A stretch of DNA of 64,000 nucleotides from contig OZ024755.1 of NCBI GenBank assembly GCA_964016885.1, forward strand, positions 32,922,001-32,986,000. The letters run 5' to 3'. Source of the stretch: Eledone cirrhosa (taxonomy: Eukaryota). A program made the translations under genes and the position numbers. Positions 55,890 to 64,000 of this stretch are shown in pieces (position 1 is the first letter of the stretch; the number at the start of each line of letters is the position of its first letter). The notes beneath the pieces were generated by a model. It was not told the origin of the DNA and did not search any database. It saw only the letters and a list, made by a program, of their open reading frames with translations.

Positions 55890-56410
55890 GTATGTGTATA
55901 TGTATGTGTGTGTGTGTGTAAGTATGTGTGTGTGTGTAAGTATATGTGTGTAAGTATGTATGTGTGTAAGTATGCGTGTGTGTAAGTATGTGTGTGCGTA
56001 AGTATGTGTGTGTATGTATGCATGTGTGGGTGTGTATGTATGTGGTTTGGGTACTGTATGGTGGTGGGGGTGGGGGTTTGCGTACTGTATTGTAGTGTTG
56101 GTGGTGGTGGTGTACTGTATTGTAGTGTTGGTGGTAGTGGTTTGGGTACTGTATGGTGGTGGTGGTGGTACTGTATTGTATTGTAGTGTTGGTGGTGGTG
56201 GTGGTGGTTTGGGTACTGTATGGTGGTGGTGGTGGTACTGTATTTTATTGTAGTGTTGTTGGTGGTGGTGGTGGTTTGGGTACCCTATTGTGTTGGTGTT
56301 AAGATGGTAGTAATGGTGGTGGTGGTACTGTGGTGTTGGGTGGCTGGTAGTGTGGGGTGGGGTGGCTGGTACTGAAGTGTGGGGAGGGGTTGTTGGCTGG
56401 TACTGCTGTT
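55890..56410. repeat. (TG)n and GGT/GTACT low-complexity repeats
   Basis: Seen directly. Confidence 0.85.
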
Positions 56411-56502
56411 GTTGATAATGATTGAATGTTAGCATGCAGTAAATTATCTACCATCTCTCTCTCCCTCTCTACTATATATATATATATATATATATAGTTA
56501 TA

Positions 56503-56836
56503 TATCATCATCATCATACGTCCACTTTTCCCTGCTTGCAAGGGTGGGACGGGAACTGATTCTGGCTTGATTTCTACAGCTGGATGCCCTTCCTAACACC
56601 AACCTCATTTACAGTGAGTGCTGGGTGCTTTTTTGCCGTGGCACCTCCACAACCACTTTTCAGTGGAATGATAGGGACCCCAGTCCCTATCATCTCATTT
56701 CTACAGCTGAGTAAACTGGAGCAATGTGAAATAAAGTGTCTTGCTCAAGGAAACAACACATCACCCGGTCTGAGAATTGAACTCACAACCTTTCGATTGC
56801 AAGGCCAATGCTCTAACCACTAAGCCATGTGCCTCC
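56503..56836 (-). mobile_element. SINE B, full length
   Basis: Matches the family. Confidence 0.92.
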
Positions 56837-57431
56837 ATAAATATATATAGCTACCTCTACTATCTCCCTCTCTACTATATAGATATATATATCTCCCTCT
56901 ACTATATATAATCCCCCTCTCAGTCTCTGTCTAATCCCCCTTACTCTGCCATACCCCCTCCCCACCTTCTACCGTCTCTCTCTCTCACTCTCTCTCCTCT
57001 CTATATATAATCCCCCTCACTCTGCCATACCCCCTTACTGTGCCATACCCCCTCCCCACCACCTAATATCTCACTCTCTCTCCTCTATATATAATCCCTC
57101 TTTGTCTCTCTCTCTCTCTCCTATATATAATCCCTCTATGTCTCTCTCTCTCCTATATATAAAGCCCTCTCCATCTCTCTACTCCCCCTCACTCTGCAGT
57201 ACCTCTCTCCTCTCCCCACCTATCATCTAATGGATATCTGTCATATCCCCACCATTAACCAGAACTAATGCTAACAAGATCATCAGATAAGCCTGATGAA
57301 AGCAGCACACTGTTTCAGCAGATAGCAATCACTGTCTCCTGTCAACACTGAGTCCCATCGCTCTTTCCCTTCTAGAAGTCACCATGTCTTCTAATCTACT
57401 GGACCACTCACTTGACAATGATGTCTAATAT

Positions 57432-57450
57432 AGATACAGACACACAGACA

Positions 57451-57486
<36 letters not shown>

Positions 57487-58245
57487 TATACACACACACA
57501 CACAGCCAGACACACACACATACAGACACACATACACACAGACACACACAGAAACACACACGCATACATACACACACACAGACAGGCAGACACACACACA
57601 CATACATACACGCACACAGACAGGCACACACACACACACACACATACAGACACACACACACAGACACACACAGACAGACACACACAGACACACACATACA
57701 TAGAGATGCACACATACACGCACACACAGCGCCACACATAGACAGACACACACACACACAAAAAAAATCGTCCCCAAAAATGTATACACACTTCAACAGT
57801 ATTCTAATAAATGTGTATACATTTTTGGGGGACACCCTGTGTATATATACATACATATATGTGTGTGTGTGAGTGTGTACTATATATGCATGTGTGTGTA
57901 TACTTGTGTGTGTAAGTAAGTGTATACTATATGTGTGTGTGTGAGTAAGTGTATACTATATATGTGTGTGTGTGAGTGTGTATGAGTAAGTGTATACTAT
58001 ATGTGTGTGTGTGTGTACAAGTGTGTATGACTAAGTGCATACTATGTGTGTGTGTACGAGTGTGTGTATACTATATGTGTGTATGAGTGTGTGTATACTA
58101 TATGTGTGTGCATGTGTGTGTGTGTATGTATGTGTATGTATGTGTATGTGTGTGTGTATGTGTATGTGTGTGTGTATGTGTATGTGTGTGTATGTATGTG
58201 TGTGTATGTATGTGTATGTGTGTATGTGTATGTGTGTATGTATGA
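57432..58245. repeat. (CA)n then (TG)n arrays flanking a tiny MITE at 57770-57839
   Basis: Seen directly. Confidence 0.9.
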
Positions 58246-58319
58246 GTACACACCCTCCCCCGCATTCCTTTCTCTCACTCTCATTGTTTGTTTGTTTGTT
58301 TGTTTGTCTCATTATTTAT

Positions 58320-58513
58320 GGCGGTGGATTGGCAGTATCGGTAGAGGGTCGCACACCATGTTTTGCAGCAAAGAGTTACGACCCTTTATGGTCTTAGTTC
58401 AAATCCCGCCGAGGTTAACTTTACCTTTCATCCTTACGGGGTCGATAAAATAAAGTACCAGTAATGCACTGGGGTAATTGCTGGCCTTGTGCCAAAAGTA
58501 GAAACAATTATTT
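58320..58513 (+). mobile_element. SINE A, full length
   Basis: Matches the family. Confidence 0.9.
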
Positions 58514-59699
58514 ATTTCCCTCCTCTTTCCCCTTAACACACCATCTCACAAATTATATATGAAGGCGGGAAACAATCTATCCGGTAGTCGACCTGCTAGA
58601 AATAACAGCTAAGCCGTCCTTTAATATCACTCTACTATATTTTATTTGGCTGAGTCCTTAAAACATCAGATAGAATGCCATGCGGTATTTCTTCCGGCTT
58701 ATTGTGCTCTAAGTTCAGACCCCACCAAGGTTAAGTTCGTTGTGAAAGTTTCTTCACAAACTGACCCCCAACTGGCATCTAGCTGCCATTTCTCTGTTAT
58801 CTCAGTAGACGTCAGTCTGTCTGGAGTGGCTGGTCAGATCAAGGTGACTTGACTTTACTTTACTTTACTTTACTTTAACTTTGCCTTTCATCATTTCTAT
58901 AAATAAACTATCACTCCAGTATTCAAGTCATTCCCCCACCTCTCTCATTCTCTTCCTCCATCTGAAAGAAGTCAACTCTGTTCAGACCAGAAGAGGTATG
59001 GGCTCCACCAGCTTTAAATTGGTCAAGAAACGCCGAACATCACTGCAGCACTGCTATTGCTCAATAATGAGTTAAAGCCTATGTCATGTCACTATCTTTA
59101 AAAAAATATGACATCGGGCAATGTGATCCTGGATTAACAAAAGGACAGACTGATTACGAATCAGTGGAAAGAAACTTTTCTCATTAATTCAGGCAAACGA
59201 AGGAGCAAAATTTGGGTAAACTAATACGAAAATATCGAACAGAGAAAGTAAAAGAGTTTATAAATTAACAATAAAGAGACATTGTTAACAATCTTTTATG
59301 GTTTACTCCTTCAGCATTTATTTACATTACTCTATATTTACTATTGTATTTTCTCTGTAAAGGCTCTACTTTACATAATTATCTCACATAATATTAAATT
59401 TACAAGATTTTGATGTTATTTATTTTGAAAACAATACCCTAACATAAGTATGAGTGGCCAGTTTCAGCTAGTTTGAACAGAAAGAAGTGAGAAAATTCTG
59501 GCCGGATATGGCCAGTTTAAATGCTAAAGGGTTAGTAAAATATATCGAAATATTGGTTTGCTGATTTAAATGATTGTAGCATATTTATTAGTGGACAGAT
59601 CTTTGTGAAAATTTGCAGTAAATTAAAGACGGCTGAAGACGTTAACCCTGTCATGGCCATATTGTTAATGGAATATACTGTATATTAATGAGAAATTTA

Positions 59700-60055
59700 T
59701 CTTCTTCTTCGCCCATATATTCCTGAGAAGCAACCACCGCCATTTGATCCCACCGGATCCCCAAATGTGACCAGCCAAGCTCATGGATGTTATCCAACCA
59801 TCTTACTCGTGGTCTACTCCTGTTGGTTCGTTTTGCCCGTAAAATCTGTCCAACGATTCTTTCATGAGACATTCTAACCACATGCCCCTAGTTTCGGAAG
59901 CTGTGATCTCTTAATTCTGAGAAGTAGCGGCTCTATCTGGAGTGGCTCTCTGATCTCCAAGTTACGTACTTTATCAAGTAACGTTACTCCAAGGACCCTT
60001 CGGAGGAATCCCATTTCGGCCGTTTGTATTCGCGATCGTATTCTTTTGGTCATTA
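59700..60055 (-). pseudogene. RTE-clade LINE ORF C-terminal fragment
   Basis: RSRIQTAEMGFLRRVLGVTLLDKVRN...IEPLLLRI; RPRVRWLD. Confidence 0.8.
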
Positions 60056-60157
60056 ATAATATTCTATTTATAACATAACATGAGTAAAAAAATGTAAACC
60101 AAATTATGTTCGAACATTTAGCTAGCATCCCATTAAACTCGGTTTTATTTCATTGAT

Positions 60158-60458
60158 AAAAAGCACCCAGCCCACACTGTAAAGTGGTCGTGTAAAAGAC
60201 CCCCCCCCCCCCAAAAAAAAACCCCACACACACACTGTAAAGGGGTCATGTAAAAGACACGGCAAAAAGCACCCAGCACATACTGAGTGTGGTTGCCGTT
60301 AGGAAGGGAATCCAGCCGTAGAAAACCAACTAAAAAGTCCTATATGAGCGAGACACGGTCATCCAACCCAACTTGCCTCTAAATAGGACAAACCCGTCTA
60401 ACCCATGCTAGCGTGGAAGATGGACATTGAACGACGATGACGATGATGATGGTGATGA
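60158..60458 (+). mobile_element. SINE B-related 3' portion
   Basis: gttaggaagggaatccagccgtagaaa...acccatgctagcgtggaagatggac. Confidence 0.75.
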
Positions 60459-61241
60459 ACCAGAGGCTGTTTTTGGCAGGTTAGTTATCAAGTGTTGCAT
60501 GTTAATAGCCGATGAAACTATTTTGAAAAACAAGCTTAATTATTTTGTCCTCACTGATTATTTTTTTTCCTCGTTTCTTTTTTAATATTTTGCTACCACC
60601 ACCACCACCACCACCATCCTCCTCAGTCTAACTAATACTAGCGGAATTACAACTCTTTTGTTTCCTTTAGTTAACTTCCTAGTTACATTTAAGTCTCCCG
60701 GAGCTTTTCAATTCTTTGATTGTAAATGTTTGCACAACTTCCGGGGTTGGAGAGGCAGAACACGTTCACTCTAAAATCTATAAGGTCGATAGTAAAGTTG
60801 ATCTCAGCTATAAGGTCGCTCTCACCAACCTTGTTTGCTTTTCGGAGTACAAAAAGAAAAACAAAAAAATTAAAATAAACAAATGGTTTTATCGTCAGTG
60901 CACAAAGAAAAACAAGTTATGTTCATTCATGCCGATCGGACTGTGACTTTTATATCAGTTCCCTAAAAATCGCAATTGACAGTTTTTTTTGGGTTTGTTT
61001 GTTTTTAACATTCAACGCCAAATGTTTCTGATAAAGAAAACTAGGAGTGGTAATGAGAAAACTGATATATATTGATAAACAGTGATATAAAACTAAAAAG
61101 AGAAGTGTGTGTGGGTGGCAGGGGGTGGTGTGGGGTGGTGATGGGGGATTTGGCACATTTCGAAAGTATTACTGAGATGGAGGGGGATAATTTTGTTTGT
61201 GTCTGCATGCGCGTCTCCCCCCTCTCTCCGTCTCTTTCTAC

Positions 61242-61545
61242 TATATATATAAATACATATGTATGTATATATTTCTATATAAATACATATGTATGTATAT
61301 ATTTCTATATAAATACATATGTATGTATAAATATATAATATATATATATATATGTATATATACATATGTATGTATAAATATATATATATATATATATATA
61401 AATACATATGTATGTATAAATATATATATATATATAAATACATATGTATGTATAAATATATATATATATATAAATACATATGTATGTATAAATATATAAT
61501 ATATATATATATATATAAATACATAGGTATGTATAAATATATAAT

Positions 61546-61583
<38 letters not shown>

Positions 61584-61645
61584 ATATATATATATATATA
61601 CATATGTATATGTATGTATATATATATGTGTGTATGTATATGTAC

Positions 61646-61683
<38 letters not shown>

Positions 61684-61700
61684 ATGTATGTATATCTATA
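61242..61700. repeat. (TA)n-based minisatellite
   Basis: aaatacatatgtatgtataaat is repeated. Confidence 0.9.
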
Positions 61701-62034
61701 TCTAAATCTCTGTGTGTTTGTATATTGAGATAGACAAAGATAAATTGACTTGTAATCGGGGATGTTTTGACTGGCAATTACAGATTTTGTGTTTGGGAAG
61801 GTGTGATTCTATCATAATGTTTACAATGATTTCTGTGGTCTCTGGCTGTGTTAGGGAGGAGGGCCGTGTTAGAGGAGGGGCAGGGCTGTGATGGGCATCA
61901 TCATCAAGTCAAATGAATGATAATTATAATATTCTAAGCAGATAACGAAACAATAGTCATTATATAAAAGCGAAAAAAAAAAAAAAAAAAAAAAAAGAGA
62001 AACTGGAAGGACAAACGAGAGAAATTAAATAAAT

Positions 62035-62610
62035 ACAATTGTCCCTCGGTATCCGCGGTGATTATGTTCTAAGAGGATCCCTGAAGAGTGAAAATCGCGA
62101 ATATTGGACGTAGTCCAGATGTCTATAAACCCTAAAATATGAATTAAAATATAATAAAAAAAAAAGAAGCCATAAGGCGAAAGGGGGCGTCCAATAGGCC
62201 GGTAAATACGGTATCATCATCATCATCATCATTTTACGTCCCCTTTTCCCTGCTTGCAAGGGTGGGACGGGAACTGATTCTGGCTTGATTTCTACAGCTG
62301 GATGCCCTTCCTAACACCAACCTAATTTACCTAATTTACAGTGAGTGCTGGGTGCTTTTTTGCTATGGCACCTACACGTCCACTTTACAGTGGGATGATA
62401 GGGACCCCGGTCCCTATCATCTCATTTCTACAGCTGAGTAAACTGCAGCAATGTGAAATAAAGCATCTTGCTCAAGGAAACAACACATCGCCCGGTCTGA
62501 GAATTGAACTCACAATCTTTCGATTGCAAGGCCAATGCTCTAACCACTAAGTATATTGTTATTAATAATTTAGCATTAAAGGAATATATATTGCCACGAA
62601 AAAAAAGCCA
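62035..62610. mobile_element. pogo/Tigger-like MITE interrupted by SINE B (62213-62551, - strand)
   Basis: Left end caattgtccctcggtatccgcgg resembles a Tigger/MER2-type TIR; homologous to 42070-42730. Confidence 0.7.
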
Positions 62611-62712
62611 TAAAAAACACTTTGAGAACGTTTGGAACTGTCTTGGAAAGTTAAACTATCAAAGAATCATCAAAGGAAACAAGAATACCGCGGGGTAAAG
62701 AAGGTGCTTGGA

Positions 62713-62930
62713 ATATTGGTTTCTTATATAGGCCAGCAATTTTAGGGGGAGGGGAAAGTCGATTAAAATCGACCCCCAGTGCATGACTGGTACTTGATTT
62801 TATCGACCCCATAAGGATGAAAGGCAAAGTTAACCTCGGCGGGATTTGAACTCAGAACGTAAAGGGAGGTAACTCTATGCTGCAAAGCATAGTGACTGAC
62901 GCTCTACCGATTCTGCCAACCCACCGCCCT
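62713..62930 (-). mobile_element. SINE A variant, full length, with TSD
   Basis: TSD ggtgcttggaata at about 62703 and 62931. Confidence 0.88.
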
Positions 62931-63090
62931 GGTGCTTGGAATAATACAAGCTCTGATTGGTGAATCAACAACGGTGTGCCACTAGTTTCTATGTAACATA
63001 ACTGCCCATTTTAAAGGGTTCCTAAGTAAATGAAATCTCCCAACATAATTTTATACGAGAACCATAAGTTATGTTTCAAATACCAACTTA

Positions 63091-63475
63091 ATAATTGATT
63101 CTACATTTGGCACAAGGCCAGCAATTACCCAGTGCATTACTGGTACTTTATTTTATTGAGCCCCGTAAGGATGAAAGGTAAAGTTAACCTAGGCAAGATT
63201 TGAACTCAGAACGTGAAGGGCCGTAACTCTATGCCACTAAACATGTTGTTCGGCGCTCTACCGATTCTGCCAATCCACCGTGTGTTGTAAGATAATTGTT
63301 TCTACTTTTGGCACAAGGCCAGCAACTGCCAGTGTATTACTGGTACTTTATTTTATTGACCCCGCAAGGATCAAAGGCTAAAGCTAACCATGGCGGGATT
63401 TGAACTCAGACTGTAAAGGGCCATAACTATGCTGCAAAGCATGGAGTCTGACGCTCTACTCATACTTCCAATGAA
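63091..63475 (-). mobile_element. Two tandem SINE A copies
   Basis: Match the family. Confidence 0.85.
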
Positions 63476-63549
63476 CTAATTTTAGTAAATGCTTCCAAAT
63501 TCTTCATTAATTAATTCAAAAACAGTGTTGTATTTTTTGTTTTTTCAGA

Positions 63550-63690
63550 AATATGGTAATGAGAGGATTAAACAGTTAAAGACTTCTCATTTCAGGCTGG
63601 ATAAGGTTATTGTGGAACTGGAATCACGATTTAATGATAAAGACATACACTCGGCTATATCTCCAATATTCAAATGAGAAGTATCATTTT
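63550..63690 (+). pseudogene. Possible hAT transposase fragment
   Basis: RLDKVIVELESRF resembles the hAT DxxxxELxxRF motif; short. Confidence 0.35.
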
Positions 63691-63694
63691 GTTG

Positions 63695-64000
63695 CATCAT
63701 CATCATCATCATCATCATTTTACGTCCGCTTTTCCCTGCTTGCAAGGGTGGGACGGGAACTGATTCTGGCCTGATTTCTACAGCTGGATGCCCTTCCTAA
63801 CACCAACCTCATTTACAGTGAGTGCTGGGCGCTTTTTTTTCCGTGGAGCCTACACGTCCGCTTTACAGTGGAATGATAGGGACCCCAGTCCCTATCATCT
63901 CATTTCTACAGCTGAGTAAACTGGAGCAATGTGAAATAAAGTGTCTTGCTCAAGGAAACAACACATCACCCGGTCTGAGAATTGAACTCCCAACCTTTTG
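63695..64000 (-). mobile_element. SINE B running off the window end
   Basis: Matches the family. Confidence 0.9.

Noticed and set aside
57283-57325. CTGATGA-containing hairpin
   Set aside because: It is a simple hairpin without hammerhead three-way junction topology

Overview
AT-rich, repeat-saturated animal DNA. The SINE repertoire and microsatellite load look like an octopus or other cephalopod genome, an impression I have not verified. No intact protein-coding gene is supportable; nearly all listed ORFs are microsatellite artefacts. The window holds kb-scale (TA)n, (CA)n, (GA)n, (GGT)n and (GAT)n arrays, more than 30 tRNA-derived SINE copies, RTE-like and Dong/R4-like LINE fragments, hAT, Tc1 and pogo MITEs, Helitrons and decayed hAT transposase pieces. 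Two signals stand out. (1) About a dozen sequence-diverse minimal type I hammerhead ribozyme (HHR) motifs sit in short non-coding elements that abut (TA)n tracts and often form inverted duplications. One inversion junction falls at the predicted self-cleavage site. This suggests a Penelope-like or retrozyme-like family of microsatellite-targeting elements. (2) A 101-bp satellite (42 units plus one intact copy) has arisen inside a single TSD-bounded LINE 3' end and already shows a 17-unit higher-order repeat. All structures were folded by eye and no searches were run.
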